From Atractiella rhizophila (Eukaryota): a DNA stretch of 39,124 bases. Of the stretch, positions 11,726 through 24,010 are shown one piece after another. Below the pieces are notes generated by a model. That model was not told the origin of the DNA. It ran no database searches and saw nothing but the letters and a program-made list of their open reading frames with translations. Both the position numbers and the translations under genes were made by a program. Where the stretch lies: assembly GCA_021432655.1 (NCBI GenBank), contig MU271222.1:1-39124 (forward strand), written 5' to 3'. Within the stretch, counting starts at the first letter, position 1. Each line of letters opens with the position of its first letter.

Positions 11726-12620
11726 GTGTCCCCTTTCACTTCACTTTGACGTGCCACCACACGACGAAGCGCAGAGGCACCCAACCACCATTCGAAGCAG
11801 ATCTACTCTCGCTACGCCGTGACAAGAGCGAATATCACATCGTTTTCTCCCCCTCTTCCCTCCCCTTCCTGCTTCACTTTTATCCAGACTGAGCAGCTGG
11901 AGCAGCTCGTGGACAGGTTGGTCAGTGGATGCGGCAGTGAGAGGAGAGGGATGGAGAGGGAGATCGGTTGGGTTGAGGTGGAGAGGGAGGGGTTGCTGCT
12001 GGGGGAGAGAATCCGATCTGAGCTTATGCATATCCTGAGGAGGAGGAAGGTGAGCACGGCAGTGGACGGGAGCGGAAGGGAGTGGTGGACAACAAATCCC
12101 AGCACCTGCCCCTATCACTCTTCGACCAGCAGGCCAACAAGTGACCATTCAAAGGCTTCTCTGTGGGACATTGGCATGGACGACCTCCGTCTTCTCAGCC
12201 GTCCTTTACACCCATATTCTGTCCCTTTGACGAGGAATGCATCGCGTGACCTAGCTGTCGCCTTCACCATTCACCTCTCTAACTCCCCCTCGTCAGCTCG
12301 CAGGAACCTCGTGGGATATTTGAGAAAAGGCGCCTTTATGTTAGATGACAGGCAAGCTTCCAGAATTGAGGACGGGGAAGAAAATAGACGGAAATTGAGA
12401 GTAGACATGGAGATGGAGAGGGATGGAGAGGAAATGGAGGATGAGAGGTGAGAAAATTTGAAGAAGGGTCTCGCGGAGGAAAGAGAGCGAGATGGGAGGC
12501 GGTCTGCGAGAGAGCCGGTGCAGCATCACATCGGTACTGCTTCTTCCGAACGAGGACTATTAGCGAGGGTGGATGATGATGAGACAGAATGGGGTGACTC
12601 TCTGGTTGCCGAGTAAAGGC
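11726..12620 (+). pseudogene. 5'-truncated copy of family 'Y' (open stretch 11819-12451)
   Basis: Its reverse complement aligns with ~20570-21460 and ~28090-28935. Shared peptides include HILRR and DIxMDDL. Confidence 0.6.
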
Positions 12621-14833
12621 TGGGAGATGTACGTTAATCGACTCTGTTGTGAGTCGTCCATACTTTGACACTCTTTCGTCTTCACTGCTGATTCCTTGGG
12701 ATGGGATGGAGCAAGGTTGTCCCCATCGTTGAAATTTTACCGGTTTATCCAGAGTGGAACGATTCACATAAGCATGTGGTTTGTACGCCTCCCTTTCCTA
12801 AGACAAGTAGACAATGAAGATGGCAGTCAGACTCAGACTCTGGACAACTGACCGTCGGAATGGAATTCGAAAAATGGCACGCCTTGTGCTGTCTGGTGCC
12901 CCTCAAGCCTCAAGCATTATTCGCATCTCAAATCAGATAAACAACAAAACATCATCACACGAAAGACTCCCCTACCACGCTTTGTTTAGTACCTTGCAAT
13001 GGTCTTCGTCACCATCACCATGTGAAGTTATAGAACGTTTCCCCTTCTTCAGCGCCAACTCCCTTCCGTCATCTATTTTGTCGGAGTATCATCTTTCGCT
13101 GGATTATCTCCTTGCTCTAAGTTGCATTGCTGCTGCGCTGCTACCAGATGGGTTATGCAACTGACGTGCGTGTATTATAGTCAGAACGGCTGTTTAACAT
13201 GCAAAAGCTCCGCTCCCCGAACACGCCGTACTCGCAGACTGGATCACTTTCGGCTTGGGAGTGGAAGAGGTTGAGCAGCACCAGTGCCACTCAGCATCAA
13301 CAACCTTCTCAGACCTCTCCATCCTTACGAACCATCTGAAACTGGAGTGAGGAGCAGAGTTGCAGGGGTTCGAGGATCTGTGAGAAAGGAGACCTGGCCG
13401 ATAGCTCGAGTGTCGAACCAGAGATTGAGGCAGAACCTCTCGTTGGGAAGGGAGGAATGGGGTATCATGCCTCTCCATTTACTCAAGGACGACGAGCCAG
13501 TCAGAGACAGACCTTCCACGAATCTGCTGATAACATCTCTCCTCATCCCTCCGTTCCCAGCTCTAGTATGACCCCCCAATGATGCCTCATGCTGAAATCC
13601 CGTTCCGAATGCTCCCAACCCACTGGACCCTCGCCATTTCCGCTTCTGACCAAATGATGAATTGAGGTGTTGTGCTCAGCATCAGGAGTACTTAGGTTGT
13701 ACATATGAATACTTTCAGTGTTTATGGACTGGTAGAAGACAGTTCGTCCACTCTTTCGGTCATTTTGGCATGGGTTGAGTGTGTTGGATCATGGACTTCT
13801 TCCCATTCTTTCCCAGCTGGTGGTTATTGGTCTCTTCACTGTGCTCTAGTTATGTCTCACATTTTGTTTTGTTCCATTCTTAGCCAACGCTGTCCGCTCA
13901 TATAAACCTCGTCTCAGTTCACTGGATTCCCCATTGTCTTCCATCATTGTGAACGATTGGATAATCCAGGTTTGCTCTCACTATTTAGTCCTTTGCATTG
14001 CTCATTGTCTCCCACCATTGTGAATGATCAGGGAATCCAGGTTCTATCAGAGCAGAAAAAGGCTTTTGTGAATGATAGCACCAATTTCCTCCTGTCCCCT
14101 TTCCTTCATCTTTCCAGCGTTCGTGGCAAATCCCTGCTTGATTTTAACACCGCCGACATCTAATAGAATGATTGCACCATGCTAGGCGCATATATGTGCT
14201 GCACAATATGGTATGGCAAGATTTCACAGGTATGTACAATATTTCTCTATGTCCCACTCTGTCTCTGTCCCTTTCTCCTGCCCTAACCACTGTTGCTACA
14301 GGTTTACTTTGTTTCTCACCATATTGACGTCTCTCCCCTATGTCCAACACTAGCAATGGGACATGGCTCTCCTTCCTTCAAGTGCAGCTAAGCCGATTTT
14401 CTCAGTCATCGAACAGTTTCGTTGTACACTATGAGTTGCCTCCTCATGTTCCTTTGTACCTTTAAGTCAGAATAAATTAAAGAAATCGTTTCCCCCCTAT
14501 TTCATTTATCTGTGAACACTTTATGACTGCTCTCTCCAGGGCGGGCAGAAAATAGGTGGACCAGGTTTGAAAAGCTTAGTAGCCCCATGAGGCGCTCGGA
14601 TGCAAGTCAGTAAGTGCTGCGTGCAGCAGGAATGTCACCGGATGATCATGTTTGAGCTCGACAAAGACCCTCCTAAACTTCGTTCAGGTCGGGGATGTCT
14701 GATGTCTGTTGGTGTCACTCCTGTCTAGCAATAGCTGCTTGATCCTCAAAATGTTCTTTACCCTCTCTTGAAATGCACTGTCTTTACTGCTTGAAATTGC
14801 TGCTGCTCTGAGTCTGTATCCTACAACGTCCCT

Positions 14834-15290
14834 TCAAGTCCTCCATCTCCCATTTCCTCTGCCTCTCTGCCCTGTTCTTTCTCTCCTTAGTACTGCGACC
14901 TCATACTGATCCCACATCGCCTGTGCAATTCTATCCCGCTCTGCTAATGCTCGCTGATACTCTGCACTGCTAACAGAACTTCTTCCTAGTGACCCGGCAC
15001 TGCTGTTTCTGTTCCGATCCCGCACTGCAGCCTCTTGAATTTCTGCATCGAGGGTCTCGAGCTCGAATTCGTTGATTTCAAACGGCTCGTAATGTAGTAT
15101 GAAGTTATGAATCAGACAGAGAGCGGGGATCAGAGCGGCCTAGCCAAAGAGTTAGATGGGCCACACATGCACAGATTGAAGTTACAAACCTGTGTTTCAA
15201 ACTTGTATTCTCACATCAGTTCAAGGATGGCAGAGCGCCGCTTTATCACTCCAAATGCTCGCTCAGCTGCATTAGTGATGCCCGAGTGGT
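14834..15290 (-). pseudogene. C-terminal remnant of a PIF/Harbinger transposase (DDE_Tnp_4-like)
   Basis: HSGITNAAERAFGVIKRR..IL..Q [intron 15189-15140] AALIPALCLIHNFI ... RDRIAQAMWDQY is the typical Harbinger C-terminus. It has an internal stop and lacks the N-terminus. Confidence 0.85.
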
Positions 15291-15301
15291 ATCCTCCTCG
15301 T

Positions 15302-15940
15302 TGTAATCTAAGCTTTTGCCTTGCCTGGCTAGTGAAATGAGGGCACTAGTCCCCTCACAAGTTCTTTCCAAGTTCACAGCCACCCTCCATTAATCATGAG
15401 ATACTGAGAGTGACATGAGACCCCGTTATAACGCGACTACAAGGAGTTGGCAAGGCTCCAGATAGTGGTGGGGGTTCGAAATATGATAGTCTAAAACATG
15501 AGTTTCATAGTATAAGAACAAGAGCATGAGGATATAAGCATAAGTGAGACAAGCATACCAAAAACACTCGAAGAGTCTACGGAGCTGGGGACAGTGGAGA
15601 AGGCTTTGGCAAAGCCCTAAAATACCACGGACTAACTAAGTGGAGAAAGAGGGTCAAAAGAAGAGTACAGACCCTCTTTGAGTGTTTTAGAAACGAGGGG
15701 TACATCAAACTTACAGAGAAGAGAAAGGAGACCTTCGAAGTGTACTTGAATGAGCACAGCACAACTACTGAGAGAAGGTACTCATCTCACACACAGCACT
15801 AGTACCTCAGTACAGCCAAGCTCAAGAGATGGTGGTTGTGTGTGAGTGAAAGAAAGGGGTCATGGAAGCAACACTGCGACGAAAGAGAAATGACTCATAA
15901 AGGTAACGAAGAATTGACCATTTATGTTATTTGTATTACA
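15302..15940. mobile_element. Solo LTR, 639 bp
   Basis: Begins TGTAAT and ends ATTACA (6-bp inverted termini). Flanked by CTCGT (15297-15301) and CCCGT (15941-15945), a 4/5-matching 5-bp TSD. Non-coding; the Harbinger homology stops at its edge. Confidence 0.7.
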
Positions 15941-17570
15941 CCCGTAGTCTGATCCCATGTCTCCCAGCACCAATTCTCACCAGACTCCCAGACTCCCAGA
16001 CACCTGACCCCTTGCTAGCTTCTCTATACTCCTTCAGCATACTCCTTGCAATCACGATCTCCACTTCACTCCACTCTCCAAAGAATAACACAACAAAAAG
16101 TTTCATACACTCCTTCTCCATCCGCCTCACCTGCCGATACCCAAAGAACCAGCGGATGAAGTCTGGGAAGTCGAATGAATCCACCACACAGTACCAGAGC
16201 GTCATATAGCGTATCGCCGTTGCATTTGTGAGGGTGCTGAAGAACTGGCGAGAAACGAGTTTTGACGTTTCTTCACCCCCATCGAGGATCAGCTTGGTGA
16301 GGTGTTTGAGGTGCGAAAAGTCGAGCGGAGTGGGTAGGATGGAGGTCTTTCCATTGACAGAGAAGGGAGCAAGCAGGACTCTGAGCTTTTCTAGAAGAGG
16401 CGGCAGAGGGTAGTTGGAGATGGAGGATGGGAGTGGGCACATATGCACGAGTGAGAGGCGCTTGAGTGTGTGTGGGAGGGACAGTGATGCAAGAGGCGGG
16501 TAGCTGTAAAGGTGGAGGTGTTCGAGGCGAGAGGATAAGTGAAGTCCTGTCGAGGCTGAAGCAGGAGAGTCCTCCACGTTGTGAACAGTGAGCCATCTGA
16601 TCCTGTTACCCATCCTCCACATAAAGTCGTCAATTTCCTCGATCCTCCACTTTCTTGAACCACTTCCAAACGTGACATCATCCACCCGTTTCAAGCCTTC
16701 GACTGCATTCAATACAATTTTCGCCTCCTCTTCATTCCAAAATGCACCCATTATCACCATTGTGACACCTGGCGAGCCTACGATGACCTCCTTCGCCATC
16801 CCAACATCTATGCTTTTGTTAATCCTCAGTTCGTTCCACAGTCGTCCGGCACCAGGATAGCGTTTCAACAGCTCGTACTTTTGCACCAAAGAATCAGGTT
16901 CGCCCAAATAAGGAGCTGAAACTTCCCTCCAGACCTTGGATACGTCAGAGATGGTGGAAGCGTCGGCGGAGAAACTGAATATGAGAGAGAGGAGCTCCAC
17001 AGGCAAGCGCGAGATGGAGCAGAGAGTAACATCTGTAAGTGGGACAGAGAGCTGGATGATGCTAGCTGTCCGGAGGGATGGGGGCAATGATGATTCATCC
17101 TCACTGATGAGCAGGAAACGGTCTTCATGTTCGGAGTATGAGGCAATGGGGGCGAATATTGCATTCTCGCAACAGAAAGTAAATGTGCCATATGAGGCAT
17201 TCGAAAGCCACGTGTATCCTTGCCACGTGTCTGCTTCAACTTCCAAACAGGTTATTTTGAATCTCTCGTAGCCGATGGTAATGTAAAGCTTGATTACACC
17301 ATCCTTGTCGACCCCATTCTCGACCGGTTCAAGTGATAAATAAAACAATTTTGACACTATCTTTACAAGGTTCCCCCTGAATATTGAAGGATATACGACA
17401 CACGAAATCCTGACTGTGTGAATTGACGAAGGTAGGCGAGATAGGAAAGAGGGAAGAATGGAGAGGTGAATTGAATTGGTCTCATCGCTTGGGGTCATGA
17501 GGTGGACAAGTGCCTTCGAGTTTGGTTCCTGAGAGGCATGGCAAAGCCCAGCCGTTTGCTCCTCCGTCAT
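15936..17570 (-). CDS. F-box-like + LRR-like protein, copy 1 (544 aa)
   Basis: Open ORF with an F-box-like motif (ISRLPVELLSLIFSF..ISDVSKVWREVS) followed by LxxLxL repeats; paralogous to copies 2 and 3. A possible upstream exon at ~17923-17678 would splice in frame. Confidence 0.8.
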   Translation of the reverse strand: MTEEQTAGLCHASQEPNSKALVHLMTPSDETNSIHLSILPSFLSRLPSSIHTVRISCVVYPSIFRGNLVKIVSKLFYLSLEPVENGVDKDGVIKLYITIGYERFKITCLEVEADTWQGYTWLSNASYGTFTFCCENAIFAPIASYSEHEDRFLLISEDESSLPPSLRTASIIQLSVPLTDVTLCSISRLPVELLSLIFSFSADASTISDVSKVWREVSAPYLGEPDSLVQKYELLKRYPGAGRLWNELRINKSIDVGMAKEVIVGSPGVTMVIMGAFWNEEEAKIVLNAVEGLKRVDDVTFGSGSRKWRIEEIDDFMWRMGNRIRWLTVHNVEDSPASASTGLHLSSRLEHLHLYSYPPLASLSLPHTLKRLSLVHMCPLPSSISNYPLPPLLEKLRVLLAPFSVNGKTSILPTPLDFSHLKHLTKLILDGGEETSKLVSRQFFSTLTNATAIRYMTLWYCVVDSFDFPDFIRWFFGYRQVRRMEKECMKLFVVLFFGEWSEVEIVIARSMLKEYREASKGSGVWESGSLVRIGAGRHGIRLRV

Positions 17571-19500
17571 TTTTTGAGAAGAGGCAGCAAACTAGAACCC
17601 ATAACCCATGTTAGATGAGGAGAAGAAGGTGGAAGTTGGAGACGAAATCATGCCTGGGTGGTGTCATCAGCAGGGTTTACCCTCCTCCTTACACTCCTCG
17701 TCTTGATGGGATCGAAACTGTGACGAAGCTTGATGAGAAGGAGCCAAGGTCCCAACTGTGAGCTGTGAGACTGCCTTGACAAATAGTTTGTGGGAGAATC
17801 AAGGTGAAAGGCAAGATCGATGTCTCGTTTTGTAGTTGGGGGATTGAAGGACGTTGCCTGCTTTGTAGGTGATGTGGAGAACTCGGACTTCAGCAGGACG
17901 ACCGTCTGGTTCGTGTTGGGCATAGAGAAACGACCTTCTTTGATTAATGAACAAAGCGATTCAAACAGAGCGAGCGGACTGACCTAGATTGGTCAAGCTG
18001 TTTAGTGGGTGGATGGACAGGTCCGTACCGAGATGCCGTGGTTCAATTCTCCTGGCTTCCCACACGGGACCATAGCAAGTCGAGCTACTTCATAACTTGT
18101 TCTGAGGAGGAAGAGAAGTACTGATCGAAGCCGCTTTCGTTGAGAGTAGGTACTGTAGGCAAGTGGGCTGGCGGAGGACAAAGGAAGGTAGAGGGAGTTG
18201 ATCCATCGATGTACGAGTGTTCGGAAGAATGTTCAAATGAAATGGTCGCCCTGATCAGGCTTGAATGGAGGGAGCTCCAAGAGCTACGTCACAGGTAAAT
18301 TGCTTGTTGATATGATGATGTCGCCGCCAAAGAGCCAACAAAACAAACAAAACACATCGTAGCATCCGCAATTCCGTCCACAAACGACAAAACAAAGTGT
18401 TTCAACCGGCGTGAAATGGGAAGAGATCCTAGTCCCGGGACATCTTACCATGTCAGGGACAGGGACAGAGATTGGGGAGAGCGGAAAAACGATGACCGTG
18501 ACCGTGAGGGCAGTGATAGGAGGAGGAGGAGGCGTAGTGTAGAGCATGAGCGTGAGAGGGACAGAGAGAGCAAAGTGGAGCGTACGTCATTCCATACTGG
18601 TTGAGAACGGTGGTTCATGCGTATTAGGGTCGCGTGAACGTCACAGCCACGGGGAGCGAGATGGAAGGAGACGCTCTCGTTCTATTTCCAGAGAGGGGCA
18701 GAGGCGGAGGAGGGAGATGTCCCGCTCCCGCTCGAGGGACAGAGATAGGAAGGGGAAACGCTCCCGATCTCCAGGTTTGTCTTTCCTCACTTTTCTGTTC
18801 AATGTATCCTCGTATTGAACCAAACGTGAATGGGCAGAAACGCGCTCGCGCTCTTCCACCTCATATCGTTGACTAAAGAAAAAGAAGAAGGAAAAACGAC
18901 AGGACGAGACACTGCTGAGCGTGCGGCGAGGAAGGAGAGGGAGAGGGAGAAGAAAGCGATGAAGGAAGAGAAGAGGAAGAAGGAGGAGGGTGGGGGTGGG
19001 GGAGTGGAGTGGGGAAAGTATGGCGTTATTTCTGAATCTGGTTCGTCTTCCTCCTTCCTCCCTACGTTCTTTCTGTCTTGTGAATGTTGGGTAGTGAGAA
19101 TTGATGGACGTTACGGGTGGAACAGACATATTCGAGAAGGAAGAAGAATTTAGGCCCTGGTTGGTTGAAGAACGCTTTACTAACCCAGAAACACTTCAAA
19201 TCCACAGAAAAAGAGACCTTCGTCCAAAACTACAACACCGCCACCCTCCAAATATTACTCTCTTGCCTCTCCGCACTCCGAATGGGCGAGTCGCTCGTCT
19301 CCACTCCGAGACCTACGATGCGAGGGCGGATGAGGAGGCGTTGAGGAAGAGTTTTAGGAGAGGAAGGAGGAGGATAGTTTTAGAAGTCGGGAGAAGTTGG
19401 AACAGTTGAGGAGGATCGAGAGGGGAGAAAGCGGAGAGAGGGAAGATGGAAGGGTGGGGGATGAAGGTTAATGCTAACGTGGCAGTGAAATACGACACTG
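15990..19500 (+). repeat. Segmental duplication, paired with ~30770-34400 (F-box gene + intergenic + RS-rich gene)
   Basis: Long collinear similarity that includes non-coding DNA (17570-18300 vs 32424-33150). Confidence 0.9.
18416..19500 (+). pseudogene. Pseudogene copy of the RS-rich gene at 33288-34410
   Basis: Same exon/intron layout (MGRDPSPGTS, VEWGKYGVISES, DIFEKEEEFRPWLVEERF), but deletions and frameshifts disrupt the last exon. Confidence 0.85.
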
Positions 19501-20109
19501 ATGCCATTATTGTCCGTTTCATCCTCTTCCGCTGGCTTAAGGGTTTTCTTCCCGTCTCGGTTCAATTGTCTCCATCCCGTCTAGCGTTCATCTCCTCCTC
19601 CCGAAACAAGCCACTATTCCTCGAGAACATACAGCTTTGAAGGACGGCATAGAAATGACTCAAGGCTCAAGGAGGTGCGTAGTGACGAAGGCGGCGTGAG
19701 AGTTTGGGAGGACATGTGGGAGCAATATGTCTGAGGCTGCTTTGCGCTTCCCAACCAGATGTGGTTGAGTCGACCTCCTGCACAAGGGGGGAAGCCCGGG
19801 TCTTGTCGATAATGAATAGGTGGCTCATTCGGACATTGACCAGAAGGACGAAGAATAACAGGGCCATAGTGGCAAAGTTGGAGTGATTACGACGACTCAC
19901 GGAGGGTTATTAATCCAGGTTTGTCTTCCCTCTCCCGACCACTTTAGCACTTCGGTTTATCCATCTATGCATCCCTTTCTTATTGTTTGCAAGCTTTTCT
20001 GTCATTCCTGCTCTTGTGCCATTCAGATTTTTCATGGCATCTTTGGGAAGTTCAGCAGGCATTAAACAGACGCTACAGCGACCTTGCTCGCAGAATCTTC
20101 GATGTCATG

Positions 20110-20420
20110 ACATGTGTGCTAATGGCTGACATATGGTGCAAGAGACAAATAGGAAGTGAGGTTCAAGAGCATGGATCGAAGGAACGACCAGATTGCGTTC
20201 GTCGAAGTAAGTTGGACAGTAGACGTGAGGCTGCAAGAGGCAGAGAAGACGTTGGTTTCGAAAGGAGGCAACACAACCATGCCGCGAGGGAGTGTAGAGG
20301 TGAGTTTTCATAAGTGCGCACAATCTCACTCTTGACTTTCCATCTGACGCAGCCTTTTCGCAGCCGTGAGCGCAATTTTTGCCCAGAATATGCTCCACAA
20401 CCTGGTCACTCGCAAGCGGC
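20110..20420 (+). pseudogene. Fragment of unidentified family 'X'
   Basis: Aligns with ~23010-23320 (e.g. GGCTGACATAT.GTGCAAGAGAC and GAGGCTGC.AGA). Confidence 0.5.
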
Positions 20421-20529
20421 GTATGTGGGGACTGGGCAATGGATGTTACCGATACGCAAGTTGGAATCAAAGCAATGCTTGTTCTGTTCGAAAGGCAGGC
20501 ATCCATATCCACAGCCATAAATCACGACT

Positions 20530-21930
20530 CGATACTCCATCCTCACAGACCGCCGCTCAATCATTATCACATCACATCACCCTCGCTGGGTACCCTCGTT
20601 CAGCAAGATGCTGCACCGACTGTCTCCCACACTACCTATCTCTCGTCTCCTTCCCTCCTCTAGACCCTTCTTCAATCCTTCCTCATCCTCTCCTCCCCCT
20701 TCCCCAACATCACTTCTCCGTTTCCACGTGTACTCTCCCACATTCCATTCATTCTCCTCCGCCTGGTGCATTCCAGAATCTTGCCAATGACCACCCACTC
20801 CTAAAAACGACATGAGAAAGGGAGGAAGCGTGCCCCTCACCGAATATCCAACGTTGTTCCTGCCGGCAGGAGAGGATAGTCGGTGAGGAGATTGTCGAAG
20901 CGGAAAGATGGACGCTCGACGCATTCCTCGCTACTTTGTCAAAGTAGAAGGGGGAGCTATCAGATAGGAGGGACGGGATTTGAGGCGGACAGGATGCTTG
21001 AGAGGAGGTCATCCATGCGAATGTCCTCCAGAGAACCCCGTTGAACGGTTATGTGATGCCCTCAGGCGAACGAGGAGAGAAACGGTGCGTGGTGGGATGT
21101 TTCCACTCCTCTCCATCACTGCCCTTGCTCCAGTCCTCACCTTCCCCTTCTCAGGATGTGCACATAGCTTGAAACAGATCCTCTACCTGGTGACACGAAC
21201 CCGCTTCGATCAACCCATCTCCCTCCTCGTCGATCCTTATCCTCCCTCTGCGGCATCCTCAAGCTTTCTACGGACTGCTCCAGCCGGTCTATCTAATGAA
21301 TATTGAATAAAGCGAAGGAGGAAGGAGCGGAACGACGGGGAGGATACGGCATTTGCTCTTGTGCGACGCGAGCCGATATTCCAAAGGGGCCTTAAAGGCC
21401 CTTGCGGTATCTCGGTTGGTCTTACGTCAAAGAAAGGGAAAGTGAAGGAGACACGGACGGGGAAGTGACGGAGAGGGTGGATGGGTAGAGATGAAGTTTG
21501 AGTGCAGTATGGAGTTGTGAGGGGGCGAAGGGAATGCCTCGAGGAGAGCAAGTTGCGGTTCGGAGGGTCGACGAAGCGCATTGGGGGGGCGAATGCCTAG
21601 TTGAACAAAGTTGGAACCAAGGAAAGCAGAGGAAGGAATGCCGCTGAAAAGTGCTCACTCAAATTCCACCGTTTGTAAGTTCTCGATCATGGACGGCGAG
21701 TTGAATGACGTAGTTGATCCTCCGCCACGTCCGAGTTAGCTGTCTCCCATCCCGCCTCGCCTCGACCTTCCTCCGGCTTCCATCTTCTCCTTCGGACTCC
21801 TTCGGGTACTCTACTCCTGACTCCAGCGCTGCACACCTCCTGCCGGCTAGAAAGGTTCTTCTGCCGCCATGCTCCTCCGAACTGTCACCTTTCACGCTCA
21901 AGCAAGTGAGCGAGCACACAGCGCACTCCA
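20530..21930 (-). pseudogene. Family 'Y' copy, heavily decayed
   Basis: Homologous to 960-1382, 11726-12620 (inverted) and 28030-29200; multiple stops. Confidence 0.55.
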
Positions 21931-22999
21931 AGATGCCTATCTTGTGGCTACGGCCAAAGGGAGTAAGGAGGCAGTGGAGAAAAGCTCAAATAGGTGGGAG
22001 TGAGGTGGAAAGTAAGCCAACAGAGGACGAGTTCCATTGCTCTCAACAACCACTATGCTCTCGAATTGGCTCGCTTGCGGAGGGAAAGCTATGAGGTCTT
22101 AGAACAGACCGTAAGACTATGAGATTTTGAGTAGGAGGAAGAAGAGTATTACGCTCTCGTGGGATCCTGGAACGGGAAAGAATGCTGTGGTCACAAAGGT
22201 TCATCTATCGAGGTAAGACCTCGTTCCTCCCCTTTCTTTGCGATGGTATTAACGTTCTACTATTCAGATCGTTTGATTGCAGCAACTGCTTACAGATGCA
22301 CGGAGTAGCAACGGCGCACGCGCACTGGACTTACACCGCTCTGTCTCTGATTCTCTCCTTCATCTTCTCCAAAAGAACGTCCAACATCCTCCGCTCTTTC
22401 AGCTCTCCTAGTCCAGCTACCCCTTTACAAAAGAGAATCTGCAATTCTGTCAAAGCACCTCTTCCATCTAAGATAACAGAAGCACATAGGCGAGGCAGAG
22501 CAGTGTATCGTATTATATCCTGCTAGTCTAGCTGCATGGCAGGAGGAGGGAGCAAGGAAGAATGGGGTGGAGGAGGCATTGAATGTGATGAAGTCGTCGA
22601 GGGTTGAGAGGGCGGTCGACGGAGGAGGGTTTGCCTTCGAACTCTGAACAGAATGTGAACGAGTTCTGCGAAGGGGAGGACAGTAGGTCTTCAGAAAGGA
22701 TGACGAGATTAGCGGACTCATTCTATGTTGTGTAGAAACACGCAGAAAAGCTAGTCCAGATTCGTGAAGCTGGAGTAGGCAGAGGGCGGAGCAGAGAGTT
22801 ACTAGTCTAAGTTCGTCCTCCCTCTTCCGCTCCTTGCCGCACTTCCGTTCCTCCACCTTTCTATCCTTTCTATTCTACTTTGCGACTTTGGACCATTCAG
22901 ATTGTTTGTTTCCCACTTGTTTTTCGCCTCCAATTCTGGAAAGTCAAACCTGACCATGGATTGAACAGACTGTTCACAAACCTACCAGCAACATCTGCT

Positions 23000-23960
23000 C
23001 TGTCACCATTGACGTTCTCGTGGCTGACATATCGTGCAAGAGACGATAACAAGAGACAGTCAAGAGTATGCTGCACAGGATAGGAGAGAGTGACCAACAT
23101 TCGGTTTATCGAAGTGAGTTCGCTCGTAGGCGGGAGGCTGCGAGAAGTACAGAGGATGCGGGATTCGAATGATAGGGAGCGACCGTTGCAGCGAATACCA
23201 AGTAGGGTGCACGCTCCAATTCGAGTGCGTCTCCCAGATCATGCTCTTTCATCCAATATCTAACCAAGCTGTTTTACAGCTAGTCCACTCAACTGTTCGA
23301 TCCCAAACGCGCTCCTCAACCCGTTGACTTCAGAGCTCATTTACTGAATATTGTCATTCTATTACTAACACGATGTGGATAAAGATGGAAGCAACAACGT
23401 GGACATTGAAGAAGCAAACGATTGAACGGAAGTCTTGGGGATATCATGGTATGTGAAGGCCGCTTCTCTTCATTGTCGTTTGTAGATCGGTGCTACAGTT
23501 GTCGTCAAATGGACAAAGACATCTGCAGTAGTCGCCCAAGCTGAGCGATGTCTCGTCTTCTGCTATTCACTGTGCAGAGGACTTCAATTACTTTTATCCT
23601 GTACTCATACGCAAAGTCGCAATCGGAGCCCTCGCACTTTATTCTTATTCCTCGCTTCCTGTCGTGTCACCTTCCTGTCTGTCAATTCCAGGACTCGGCT
23701 TCGCAATGAATATGCAGAGTCAAGTTTCATTCACAGTTGCCGAGTTGCTGTCAAAAGGCAGGTTCCTCTATTGTACATTTACTCAACGAATCTACTCTTG
23801 TGTAAACGTCAGAGTAATGCACTTGAAGCCCCAGTACAAGTGGTATTGTCCTAACCCGGAATCTAAGCATTGGACAGGGCTAGCGAAATCAGTCGTGTAG
23901 TCTCCTGTGTGTTCGGAGGCACGTCCTGTAGTCATGGACTGCTGAGAGCGATATGCGTCT
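23000..23960 (+). pseudogene. Family 'X' copy, convergent with F-box copy 2
   Basis: Aligns with 29940-30700. Shared peptides LSIPGLGFAM and KWxCP..SKxWTxLAKxVV; GT..CTAAC..CAG intron remnant; stops present. Confidence 0.55.
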
Positions 23961-24010
23961 GGATCTAGTAGCTCAAGAGGTGGAGCCTGGATCGGACTGT
24001 GCCTTCAACA

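Noticed and set aside
13194..13620. Overlapping ~95-aa ORFs on both strands
   Set aside because: No motif or paralog in the window; cannot be supported as a gene.
13668..14349. TGTTG...CAACA as a second solo LTR
   Set aside because: The flanks TGAGG and CTAGC do not form a TSD.
15400..15490. YNGVSCHS as a degenerate Harbinger PYRGVRYHL motif, and GGTTCGAA as a tRNA T-loop
   Set aside because: Both fall inside the solo LTR; there is no cloverleaf and no continuity with the transposase frame.
15646..15679. 10-bp stem hairpin AAAGAGGGTC/GACCCTCTTT
   Set aside because: It is internal to the LTR, is not followed by a Helitron-type CTRR end, and a bacterial terminator is irrelevant in this context.
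22100..22860. ORFs of 114 and 143 aa with an intron-like segment
   Set aside because: No spliced frame free of stops and no recognisable homology.
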